DNA from: Squalus acanthias
Taxonomy: Eukaryota
Reading direction: 5' to 3'
Assembly (NCBI GenBank): GCA_030390025.1
Contig: CM059432.1
Span: forward strand, 80,230,001 to 80,294,000
DNA: 64,000 nucleotides
Of the stretch, positions 26,201-37,498 are shown one piece after another. Under the pieces are notes generated by a model, which ran no database searches, was not told the origin of the DNA, and saw only the letters and a program-made list of their open reading frames with translations. Position numbers and translations under genes: made by a program. The number at the start of each line of letters is the position of its first letter. The stretch's first letter is position 1.

Positions 26201-26396
26201 TTAGAAGTATATCGCCGTTCCTTCATCGTCGCTGGGTCAAAATCCTGGAACTCCCTCCCTAACAGCACTGTGGGAGTACCTTCACCACACGGTTCAAGGC
26301 GACGGCTCAATACCACCTTTTCAAAGGCAGCTACGGATGGGCAATAAATGCTGGCCTTGCCAGCAACGCCCACATCCCATGAACGAATAAAGAAAA
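23250..26396 (+). mobile_element. tRNA-headed single-ORF LINE (APE-RT, CR1/Jockey-group RT), copy 1, degenerate
   Basis: A box TAGCATAGTGG (23256-23266) and B box ATTCAAATCC (~23300). APE motifs NIWGLVPK..PDIVILTE and VGDFN; RT motifs ALDIKAAFDRVWH, GVPQGSV.GP and FADD; A-rich end. Confidence 0.9.
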
Positions 26397-26399
26397 CAA

Positions 26400-26830
26400 T
26401 GCAGGTGACAGGTGGAGTCTGTGTAGGGTGGAACTTGTGAAGATGGCTTTGGAGAAGTTGAGTTTAAAGGTCACAAAGATGTGGCTGAGTTTTGGTGGCA
26501 GTGAGGTGAGGGGCGGACAGAGGAGGTAATCTGATGGAGATGGAAATTGGCAGATTTGATGATTGTTAGAATGTGAAGTTTGAAACTCCGCTCAGGGTCA
26601 AAAAAGACAATGAGGTGTTACACTAGTTTAGCCTGGGTGAGTAGCTAGAAAAAGGATGGAATTAGGGACTATAACACAACGTTTCTCACAGGAGCCCTAT
26701 AGGATGGTTTTTATTTTGCCATTGTTAAGTTAGAAAAAGTTTTGACTCATCCACACTTTATGTCAATCAAGCAGTCAGACAGCACAGAAAGACCATGGGG
26801 TTGAGGTAAAGTTGGTTATCAACACATATG
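26400..26830 (-). mobile_element. Old L2 RT fragment
   Basis: Minus strand WMSQNFF*LNNGK...FDPE.SF..HI motifs. Confidence 0.6.
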
Positions 26831-27439
26831 GGACTTGACCCTGTGTTTACGGATAATGTACCACCAAGAGGCACCTTGTAGACAAGTGTAAATTGATTAA
26901 ATCTGCTCTCACTAATTACACAATAAAATATAAAGACTTGCTTCTCTGTGGCCATTACACATGAAATTATCAGTTTCAATTGTTACACATACAAGGTCTG
27001 CCAAACTAGCACCTGACTGAAGCAAATATAATTTACAAAATCTTTCTTAAATAGAGAAAAAAAGTCAGTTCTTTCCTGTTGGCTTCTTGTGACTTTGATT
27101 ACCTAACCTCTCACCAAAAAGGGATGACCTGGGGATTCACAAACAGCTACCTATCTACACAAACTTCACTCATCAGCAATTAGTCCCTAACTGGCCTAAG
27201 GATGTGTCTAATTACAAGAAATTAGGCTGCTGCCTTAAAGGGGCAGATCAAGTTAAACATAGCTCCACTTGAGCAACAGACACCTTTCCTCAATGCAGTC
27301 CCTTTATGCCTTATTACATATTGTGTATTGTTATAACAGGTTGTTATGTAATGTGCACGTTATAAAATAATGAATCCTCCGATTTACTATAAGCATCATC
27401 ATGGAAGATCCACGAATATAAGGAAAGGAGCAGCGACTT

Positions 27440-27680
27440 TGTGAAAACACCATCACCTCCATGTTTCCGCCATCCTGATTTAGAAATATATCACCGTTAC
27501 TTCATCGTCGATTGGTTAATATCCTGGAATTCCCTACCTATTGCCATTGTGGAAACACCATCACAAGCACTGCAGTAATTCCAGGAGAAGGCCCACCACT
27601 ACCTATTAAGGAAAAGTAGGGATGGGCAATAAAGGAGGCCCTGCCAGTGTTGCCACACACCAAGAACATTTTTTTAAATA
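27440..27680 (+). mobile_element. Diverged 3' fragment of the tRNA-headed LINE family
   Basis: Homologous to 26150-26390 (SWNSLP, GGATGGGCAATAAA); ends in T7. Confidence 0.7.
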
Positions 27681-28942
27681 CCAAAATCAGAGATACATGG
27701 GGATGATTTCAACGTACTAGTATCATCTTTGGGATGGAAGTTATCAATTTTTTGAGCTTTGCTCAGTTTATGACCACATCTAAAAATCTCAAGGAAATCA
27801 GTGTCTCTATTATCCACTGTATCCATTATTCTCTGTTTATGTTTAATCTTCAGAACATGTAATACATTTAATCCACAACCACAGTTCCACTAAAGATAAT
27901 CATACATTTTATAAGTCTAATTTCTTTTGTATAAAATCTTATTTTTTTGTTAAGTGTTTTGTTATTTATGTTTAGATTAAATTTTTGAAATAATCTTAAG
28001 TAGACTGGGGTGCAAAGATTTGAAATAAGCTATTTTACTCACAATTTACAGAAATTGTGATCAAGCATAATATTTCTTGGCTAAATAGTCAAATTAGCCT
28101 AAGCATAGGGCTAATAAAATATTAACTGTTTTTCAGACTATATTATATATTAAGGCCCACTTGGGTCAATAATGCTTTCAGTTATATTTGGCCATAGTTG
28201 TTTACCTCATGATCTCAACTGCAGTCAATATTGTGCAATAAAGTGCACATTTATTGGATCCATGTTCTTATAAACTTGGAAAATATAAATGTTAAGCATT
28301 TTTTTCAATTTTATATATTTTCTAATAGTTATTAATAACAAACTAAAATTTACTTGCATTATTGTATCCCTCTCACTGCTCCACATTATTACGCAAGATG
28401 TTCAAATGTTTTGCTGTTGAACAGGTTGGAAGCACAACTTGCTTAATGTTTCCATTTTTTTGTTGCAGTGTAAATAACATGACTGGGGCACACTTGTGCC
28501 ATCCCTCAATTATTAAATTAATGAATTCCACAAAGATGCAGGAGTTACAAAACATCCACAGCTTCCCTACGAATAAGTATTTTGCACATATTTATTGTTG
28601 GCACAATCCCAAACCGAGTAAAACGGCTCCATAATGCTAACTATATAAAGATAATCTAGATTTTAAGCCAATAATACAATCGAAGTTCTGAAGAGAGTTA
28701 GAAACCTCTATGGCGTCGTTCTCAACTCACGACAGCATCCAAACTCCGAGATTAAATTACCATCATAATCACTTCCAGGTATTCACAATGTTTAAATTAC
28801 AGAAACTAATTTACATTTCCATCAATTGTCGACGCATGCTTTCAGAAAGTTGTCACACACATCAGAAAACTCACCACCTGTGAGCTACCAAAGAAAGCTG
28901 AACCACAACTTTAACCGCAAACTCCGATAATAAAATACTTAC

Positions 28943-29052
28943 CCGTCATACCGATTATTATAAAGCAAGGTTTGCGCGACACTTCGTAAACTCAAGAAAT
29001 TCACGGAAGCGAATATTAGAGTAGCTGCTACAATTCGTGCACTTCCCTCCAT
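28943..29052 (-). CDS. CPA6: Carboxypeptidase A6, coding exon 1 (signal peptide and start of prodomain)
   Basis: The minus strand reads MEGSARIVAATLIFASVNFLSLRSVAQTLLYNNRYD+GG followed by a GTAAGT donor (110 nt, phase 2). It has a hydrophobic signal peptide, and LYNNRYxG matches recalled vertebrate CPA6 (HLYNNRYAG). Confidence 0.92.
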
Positions 29053-29480
29053 GTGGATGGGAAGATGGGGGCAAGGTATGTTTGAATATAAATGTTGATC
29101 GTCCTAATATTTAGTTTTCAACGGGTTTTTTTCTCCCACTTGGATTCTAGAGTTAATTTTCCAGCAGGGCAAATCTGCAACAGCAGAAAGCAGCACGACA
29201 AAGAATTTCTTCAGCAATGAGAGCTGCAACTCATGGTCTCCAACCTGGCAGCAAAGTGTGAAAGTCGGGGGTGTGTTTGCAAGACTGCGGCTTGGACTGG
29301 CGGCGCAGCACGTGACCCAGGGCTGCGGCTCCGGCTCCAGCCGCCCAACCTGCGCAGAGGGGGAGTCTGAGGGGAGAAGGGGGAGTCTGAGGGAGGGAAG
29401 GGGGAGTCTGAGGGAGGGAAGGGGGAGTCTGAGGGAGGGAAGGGGGAGTCTGAGGGAGGGAAGGGGGAGTCTGAGGGAGG
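29053..29480 (-). promoter_or_regulatory. Probable CPA6 5'UTR/proximal promoter, CpG-rich
   Basis: Directly upstream of the CPA6 ATG; locally CpG-rich (29280-29356) with a CACGTG E-box and a CCGCCC GC box. The TSS cannot be determined. Confidence 0.55.
29359..29480 (+). repeat. 21-bp G-rich minisatellite (GGGGGAGTCTGAGGGAGGGAA)n
   Basis: About 6 visible tandem units, running into the N gap. Confidence 0.95.
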
Positions 29481-29680
29481 NNNNNNNNNNNNNNNNNNNN
29501 NNNNNNNNNNNNNNNNNNNNNNNNNNNNNNNNNNNNNNNNNNNNNNNNNNNNNNNNNNNNNNNNNNNNNNNNNNNNNNNNNNNNNNNNNNNNNNNNNNNN
29601 NNNNNNNNNNNNNNNNNNNNNNNNNNNNNNNNNNNNNNNNNNNNNNNNNNNNNNNNNNNNNNNNNNNNNNNNNNNNNNNN
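29481..29680. other. Assembly gap (200 N)
   Basis: Run of N. Confidence 1.
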
Positions 29681-30374
29681 GGAGGGGGGTTGGGAGGGGA
29701 GGGGGGAGGCTCCTGCGAGCCTCGACATGCAATAAATCTACTGCAGGCATATATTCCGCAACCTCCGTCACCAGTAACGATGTTGCACTTATTGACCAAC
29801 TTCAGTCACTGTGGGGAGGTTTGTTACTTGAAGCCCAGCTCTAGCTGTGCTGCCGCATCAGGGGGCAGTAGCATTGCAAGGATGGGAGTAAATGTAGGGT
29901 TACAGACTATATCTCCCAACGCCGACTCAGACGCGATATATAAATTATAAAAGTTTTTTTAATACATTCCGTCATTTCTGTTGGGAAATATAATCTGAAG
30001 AATGCACTTGAAGTAAAAGTGGCCCGATTCTTAGTTGAAAGCAATTGTACTAAATTACATAGCTGCCTTTGAATGTTGAACGTAAAAAAAACTTTATAAC
30101 ATCTTTCTAATAAATATTTAGCTCTTAGGTCATATTATGTTGAGTGAAAATTTGCCCACGGACACATCACGTGATTTTGTGAAATTCCCTTGTGCTAAAG
30201 GAGGTGTTAATCGATTTAATTTGAATTGGCTAACTCTTCCCAAAAATGTGGACAAAGCAATTTCACACAAATACATTGGTATGTTAACATTTCCATGTGT
30301 AATTTCAAAAGCTTGTCCCCTATTAATTCTCTTTTTAACATAGTTCCTTTTCAGTTTTTACCTTTCCTATAGTT

Positions 30375-32445
30375 CAGATAGTGGCAGATGGAGTTCAGTG
30401 TAGGGAAGTGTGAGGTCATTCACTTTGGACCTAAGAAAGACAGATGAGAGTATTTTCTAAATGGTAATAAATTAGGAACTGTGGAGGAGTGGAGAGATTT
30501 AGGGATCCAAGTCCAGAAATTACTAAAATCTAGTGGACAGGCACAACAAAGAATTTCAATGGCTAATGGAATGTTGGCCTTTATCACAAGAGGACTGGAA
30601 TACAAAGGGGTGGAATTTATGTTACAGTTATATAGAGCTCTGGTTAGACCCCATTTAGAGTACGACGTTCAGTTCTGGGCACTGCATCTCAGGAAGGATA
30701 TATTGGCCTTGGAGGGGGTGCAGCGCAGATTCATCAGAATGATACCTGGGCTAAAAGGGTTCAATTATGAGGACAGGTTGCATATACTGCGCTTGTTTTC
30801 CCTTGAATGTAGAAGATTAAAGGGTGATCTAATTGAGGTGTTTTAAGATGATTAAGGATGCACAACACTGCTCCCCGACTATCAAGATCAATTACGAGGC
30901 CTTGGACAGCTTAAACCACTTTCCATACCTCGGGAGCCTTCTGTCAGCGAGGGCGGGCATCGATGGCAAAATCCAACGCCGCCTTCAGTGTGCCAGTGCA
31001 GCCTTCGGCCGCCTGAGGAAAACAGTGTTTGAAGACCAAGACCTCAAACCCAGCACCAAGCTCATGGTCTACAGAGGAGCAGTGATACCCGCCCTCCTGT
31101 ATGCATCAGGGACAACGTATCTCCAACGCTGCCTCCGCACAATCCTACAAATCTATTGGCAGGACAGGCGTACCAATGTCAGTGTTCTCTCTCAGGCCAA
31201 CATCCCCAGCATTGAGGCATTGATCACGCTCAATCAGCTCCGATGGACGGCCCACATCATCCGCATGCCTGATACAAGACTCCCGAAACAAGCACTCTAC
31301 TCCAAGCTCCGTCACGGCAAGCAATTTCCAGGAGGGCAGAGAAAACGCTTCAAGGACGTCCTCAAAGCCCCCTTGAAAAAATGTAACATCCTCATCGACT
31401 CTTGGGAATCCCTGGCCCAAGACCGCTCAAATTGGAGGAGAAGCATTCGAGAAGGCGCCGAACACTTTGGGTTTCTTCGCACGCGGAGGCCAAGTACAAA
31501 CAGCGGAAGGAGCGTATGACGAACTAAGCACTCCACCCACTCGTCCCTTCAACCACTATCTGCCCCACCTTTGGCAGAGTCTGTCGATCCCGCATAGGAC
31601 TCATTAGTCACATTAGAACCCACAATATTGGAGTGGAAGCAAGTCATCCTCGACTCTAGGGGACTGCCTGAGAAGAAAGATAGATGAGAGTATTTTCTAA
31701 ATGGTAATAAATTAGGAACTGTGGAGGAGCGGAGAGGTTTAGGGGTCCAACTATAGAAATTACTAAAATCTAGTGGACAGGCACAACAAAGAATTTCAAT
31801 GGCTAATGGAATGTTGGCCTTTATCTCAAGGGGGCTGGAATACAAAGGGGTGGAAATCATGTTACAGTTATATAGAGCTCTGGTTAGACCCCATTTAAAG
31901 TACTGTGTTCAGTTCTGGGCACCGCACCTCAGGAAGGATATATTGGCTTTGGAGGGGGTGCAGCGCAGATTCATCAGAATGATACCTGGGCTAAAAGGGT
32001 TCAATTATGAGGACAGGTTGCATATACTGCGCTTGTTTTCCCTTGAATGTAGAAGATTAAAGGGTGATCTAATTGAGGTGTTTAAGATGATCAAGGAAGT
32101 TGATAGGGTGGATATCGAGAGAGAAGCTATTTCCTCTGGTGGAGGAGTCCAGAACAAAAGGGCATAACCTTAAAATTAGAGCTAGGCTGTGAAGGGGTGA
32201 TGTCAGGAAACACTTCTTCGCACAGAGGGTAGTGGAAATCTGGAACTCTCTTACCCTCAAAAGCTGCTGAGGCTAGGTCAATTAAAAATGTCAAAACTGA
32301 GATTGATAGAATTTTGTTAGGCAGGGGTATTAAGGGTTACAGAACCCAGGTAGGTAGATGGAGTTAAGTTACAGATCAGCCATGATCTAATTGAATGGCG
32401 GAACAGACTCTCGGGGATGAATGGCCTCCTCCTGTTCTATGTTCC
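30375..32445 (+). mobile_element. CR1 3' fragment with internal ~426-bp duplication around an RTE insertion
   Basis: 30433-30858 is repeated at 31673-32097; CR1 3'UTR runs to ~32445. Confidence 0.85.
30859..31680 (+). mobile_element. RTE-clade LINE 5'-truncated copy
   Basis: FPYLGS, ASAAFGRL, QLRWTAHIIRMPDTRLPKQ; same 3' end as 184-872. Confidence 0.9.
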
Positions 32446-32489
32446 TCCCCTTAGGTGCTGACCGTGTGGGGCTCAGTAATGGTTTTGCG

Positions 32490-32822
32490 TGTACTGGTCA
32501 GCCTTCAGTCCCTTCAGCCAGGTGGCCATTGTTCATATGTGAGCCCAGAGATTTGAGTGTTGTAGCTATTGGACGGTAGGGAACATCACACTGAGTCCCA
32601 TGCTGTCTTCACCTGCTCACTTTCCAGCAGCAGCCATTGGATAACAATCACCATCAGGAACCTTGACTCATATTTTTCTCTTCTGTAGCTTTGGGGCACT
32701 GAGTGCAATTGTAATGCCCTTACTGGCTGCCTGGCAGAGTAGGGATTGAACCAGGAGTTTCTTTGTCTGTTTTTCTGAGCTCTAATATAGGCTTTGCACT
32801 TATTAACTGAACCATCAGGGGG
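32490..32822 (-). mobile_element. Old tRNA-derived SINE (family unassigned)
   Basis: B-box-like GGTTCAATCCC and A-box-like TGGTTCAGTT on the minus strand; related pieces at about 34850-35040 (+) and 45680-45950 (-). Confidence 0.5.
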
Positions 32823-33344
32823 AGCAATATTTCTGCTTCAGATGCACAAACTAATAACTAAGATCGTCAGTTTTCCTTTTTTTTTTAGAAATGTCAATGT
32901 TTTAGCCAATTTTGGTTGCATTAAATCCTGGTTTAACCATTATTTTAAGTTTCTCTTTTATCAATAACAGGCCATTTTTGCTGAATGGCCTACTCCTGCT
33001 TATATTGATCAATGTGGAGCATTGCTGTTTCAGCCTTGATCTGGCAGCTTCAGTGTTATTTAGCAGGTAGCTTGAATACTTCCTCTGCATCACTGTTCAG
33101 CTAAGTAAAATAACATATTTATTCCAGAGAAAGCACTATTATCAAAATCTTACAAAAAAAATGTAGCTGAATTTTATTTTACCTTTTTTTCCTTATTTGT
33201 TCAGATTAGCAAATTGAACACCAAATTTAAAAAAAAATTCCATTGGGGGATTTTATTGGTTTAAACCTAAAAGCTAATAATACCCTGGTTATATAACGTA
33301 AAAACATAACAAATACGAGCAGGAGTAGGCCATTCAGCAAAAAT

Positions 33345-33757
33345 GGTTCAATAATTTCAGATCACAACCTCTGCCCCCATTTTTTCGGATGGCATCTGTT
33401 GATGATTCTGCTATTCCCATTTACACCTCTTCCAGATCTATCTTTTGTTTCTTTACTTGTCCCATTACCATCTCATTTTGCCTTGCACCATCATCCCTTT
33501 AGTCATTTAATCTCTCCTGCCTTCCACCCTATCACAGACCTTCCCTTTTGTTCTTTCCTCCCCTCCCCCCATTCCCTGCCTCTGCACTTGCTTAAAACCT
33601 GTTACATCTCCAACTTTTTCCAGTTCTGACAAAAAGTAATCGATCTGAAACGTTAACTCTGTTTCTCTCTCCACAGATGCTGCCTGACCTGCTGAGTATT
33701 TCCAGAATTTTCTGTTTTTATTCCAGATTTCCAGCATCCGCAGTATTTTGTTTTTGT
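33345..33757 (+). mobile_element. Penelope-like element 3' end / pLTR
   Basis: Starts at the FNNF end of the GIY-YIG tail seen at 36250-36412 and continues into the hammerhead-bearing pLTR. Confidence 0.8.
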
Positions 33758-34529
33758 ACAGAATCATGCATATGAATTTCATTCATTTTATACAAATCCA
33801 GGCTGCCACATTTATTTCAGGGTAATAAAGACTGGATAAATGGCATCTAGGGGGACCTAGGCTATCGCTGCAGCAATAGCTGCTTATCATATTGAGGCAC
33901 CCAAGGAGAAAACGTGAAGAGCAGTCTAAGTGCATACTGCTACCTTGGTCACATAAAACTTTGAAAAGCGCTCTCTATCAATACAGCTGATCTTTTGGGA
34001 GGTAGAACCTGATGGTTAGGGGGCTCTGGAAATTTTTAACAAAAAGAAATGCAAACTACGTGAGAAGCAAAATGTCATTGACCTGAAAGGTTAACTCTAG
34101 CTTAATTTTTCTACAGACGCTGCTGATCTATTGGGTATTTCCAGAATGTATTATTTTTATTCTACATAGAAGAAGTTTGAGTACTTACTAGGCATAGATC
34201 TACAGTTAGTCACGAATTAGAATTGAATTAGCAGTCTCACTCAGACTGGTCATAGAAATGACTGGTTTGAGAAATTGAAAAATTAATGTTGCTGAAGTGA
34301 AGACATGGGGAAAGTAAAGTTATAATACTCTGTCTTATTTTAACAGTTTACTTGCTACCAGTGGGAATCTGATACCAAATGTTTCTTCCATATTTGTGTT
34401 GTATGTTACTGTGGAAACAGAAAGAACAACTTCTGCTGTTAAGTAGGAATCAATACCATATAACAATTTGGAAGTATCCTGAGGTACAGATATGTATGTG
34501 ACAGACTGGAAACTTATAGAAATATCAGT

Positions 34530-34700
34530 TATACTTCAGAACGTATAGTAGAAATCGCACTGACACTGCAGAAGATGGAGATGAAGCAGCAAATATACCA
34601 GTTGTATGTCTTACTTAAGACGGTGAAGGAGATCATCATAGCAGACACATTGAGTAGAGCATATGTGAACTATGCAAAGGAAATTCAAGAGCAAATGGAA
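34530..34700 (+). mobile_element. Gypsy LTR-retrotransposon RNase H remnant
   Basis: KEIIIADTLSRAY motif. Confidence 0.55.
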
Positions 34701-35080
34701 GAAATGAAGACTACCAGGTTATCACAAGAGGGTACAGAAACTACAAGAAGCGACTATACCTCAAAATTTAAAAGCAGCATCAATGGTGGTCTTGTGTATT
34801 AAAAAAATTCTGTGTAATATAAGCCACCTTCAAGAAAGGTAGACTGGCAGTTCCCCGAGTGCTTAGTTGGTTAAGGCAATGAGTAGCTAAGATTTAATCC
34901 CAGGTTTGTATGGAGTGAGTTGATTTTAGCTGGGTGGTGGTGGTACGGCTTGGCTTCAGTTCATCTTGAAAATTTGGCCACATTTTCATTCCCAGTGATC
35001 TAATGAGTCCTGCTGGGTGTGCGTGTGTGTACATTGGGCTTCATTGCACAATTGGGGGTTTATAATAAAGTGCAGATACC

Positions 35081-35188
35081 GTCAGTGCAGTTCTGACGAA
35101 GGGTCATCGACCTGAAACGTTAACTCTGTTTCTCTCTCTACAGATGCTGCCTGGCCTGCTGAGTGTTTCCAGCATTTTCTGTTTTTAT
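35081..35188 (+). mobile_element. 108-bp Penelope pLTR insertion with 10-bp TSD
   Basis: TGCAGATACC at 35071-35080 and 35189-35198. Confidence 0.85.
35089..35125 (+). ncRNA. Minimal type I hammerhead ribozyme motif
   Basis: AGTT-CTGACGA-A-GGGTC-ATC-GACCT-GAAAC-GTT-AACT: core CUGANGA/GAAA, helix II, palindromic AACGTT helix III, and helix I AGTT/AACT. Confidence 0.7.
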
Positions 35189-35949
35189 TGCAGATACCCT
35201 GCTTGTTATAAAACCTACCTCATTTTCATTTCCATTGAAATAAATGGAAATTAATATTAAGTGGCTTCTGTAACATTGAGTCAGTGCCTCCAAGAGAGAA
35301 AATTGGCAAGATTATCAGGTTAATTTTTCACTTTAGCACTCCTGGTGTGAAGTCATTCTGGATGGAAAATAACGGGATGTGCCTGTGTGACTGTCCACTA
35401 TGCACTCACGGTGGATGAACTGCGCTGAGAGTGCAGACGTGGAAAATTTAATCTTATATTTATTGCACATTTTAGCATAAGTTATAATGCCTCGCATGTG
35501 ATAAAAGCTTTGTTTTGTTTATCAAATATTTTTTTGATTACTTGGTTGAGGTATTTGCATTCTGGGAGATCAACAAGATCAAGTTTTACTCTGCATCATA
35601 TTTCTTCATTGCAAAATTTACAGTGAAGCTTTTAGAAACAAATCCTGTTTTCCAGAAATTCCAGTCAAGAATTTGTTTACATACTACAGCCACAGGAATT
35701 TTTTTTGCAACAGTAGCGTTTTGAGCTCTGGTCTTGCATGGATTACCAATGAATAACCAAGCAGACTTGTCTGAGTGCTGCTGAGTTCTGGAACTTACTC
35801 GGTCACAGGCCTAAGGATGTAGTCTTTCACCTGTATCAGGCACGTCCAACCTTTTGCAGCTGGCACCAACGCTTGTGTCAAAACCATTGAATGGGCCGCA
35901 GAAATAAGAGCCTCAATATACTGAAAATTCAAACACCCGCAGAGACACT

Positions 35950-36425
35950 GTGAACAAAATAGAAACAGAAAATGTTGGAGATACTCAGCATCTGTGGAGA
36001 GAGAACCAGAGTTATCTTTTAAGCAAGTGCAGAGGCAGGGAAAGGGGAGAGGGAAGAACAGAACAAAAGGGAAGATTTGTGATAGGGTGGAAAGCAGGAG
36101 TGATCAAAGGGATGATGGTGCAAGGCAAAAGTGGGTGGTAAAGGGACAATAAAAGAAACAAAAGATGGGTCTAAGAGGAGATGAAAATGACAAAAGCAGA
36201 ATCATTACCAGCAACTGCTGTCTGAAAAAATGGGGTTAGTGGTTATGATGTGAAATTGTTGAACTCAATGTTGAGTCCAGATGGCTGTAAAGTGCCTAAT
36301 CCAAAGATGGGGTGCTCTTCCTCAAGCTTCCGTTGAGCTTCATTATAATAGTGTAGGAGGCCGAAGACAGGTCAGAGTGGGAGTGGGGTGGAGAATTAAA
36401 ATGACAAGCGAATGGAAACTCAGGG
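35950..36425 (-). mobile_element. Penelope-like element fragment (GIY-YIG C-terminus plus pLTR)
   Basis: Minus strand ACHFNSPPHSH...EAQRKLEEEHPIFGLGTLQPSGLNIEFNNF. Confidence 0.85.
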
Positions 36426-37498
36426 AAGCTCATATGCAGAAAGTTACACATATATGAATGTAATTGAGCGTGTGAAAAGTAAGAAAATCATGGGTTAAAC
36501 TCATAAATGGTCCAGCAGCTTTTTGTTTAAAGCTATGCTTAAACAAGCCTTCCCTTTCTGAGGGCAGAGGTACTAACAAGCTTTGATTGAGGGCCACAGT
36601 TCAAAGCAATGGCTTGATTGGGGGTCATTCTCACAAACTAACCATGAAGCAACTCAGGCAGGAGCAGCTGGAGTGGACTTGAATCTACGTAGATTTGTCA
36701 TCTGCCTCATTCTCTCATCCCATTTCCATCATATCAGAGTTTCTCTTTTAAAATATTTTTCTCTGCCCATGTCTACTCAAGGTCTGGTTAGTGTGTTTGG
36801 GAATATCTGAAGTGAAGAAGTCAAGACTTGCCTCCAGCAACTTCCAGGTGATCACCAGCAGCCATGCTCAATGAGTTCAAAGTAAGTGAATCCTGTCTGC
36901 ATCTGGGCAGCAGGTTCAGAACCTCCATCTCCTATTTGCTTGCCGGTCCCCTTCAGTATTCCATGTGTTCAGTGTTTGAGATGCTTTGAAAATTGTCCTG
37001 TCTGGATCTTTCAACGCTCTTGAAATTCAGTGAACAGTTGCTTGCTGTTCCTATACTTGCTGCAAGTTGTCTTATCTTGGGCATGAGTGAACTCAGGCAG
37101 GAGGGCCTTAGTCAGAAGTAGATGGAAAGCATTGAGGATTCTTATTTTTTGATTACTTTAGCCACTGTTGTGACAGGAAAATGGGTCTTAATTAGATCCA
37201 GTTTAAGTGCTGCAACATATGCTTATGAGAGATCTGCGGGTCTTATAGTGAATAACTGTAGCCTAGACTGTTCATTTTATTCATCGTTATTTAAAATATG
37301 AGTTAACACCTCTTAAAATAGTGGATAGAGGAGTTTGTGCAGTCCTTTCTAGGCTTTAATTTACTGTTCATGATTGTATGATGTGTATTTATGTGCCATG
37401 AAAAGACAGTCATACAAATTTGTTGCAGTCTCCAATATCACCATTGAATTATTATTTACTCCCAAGAAAAATGCTTTTTCCACAACATCCATCTTATG

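Larger units (their letters stand above)
4856..28942 (-). other. CPA6: CPA6 intron 1 (24,087 bp, TE-filled)
   Basis: GT..AG between two phase-compatible exons; no other convincing coding exon found in between. Confidence 0.85.

Noticed and set aside
29104..29950. Long ORFs (165-231 aa) with SLRLPLP/PPSDSPF repeats
   Set aside because: Artefacts of the minisatellite and the N gap.
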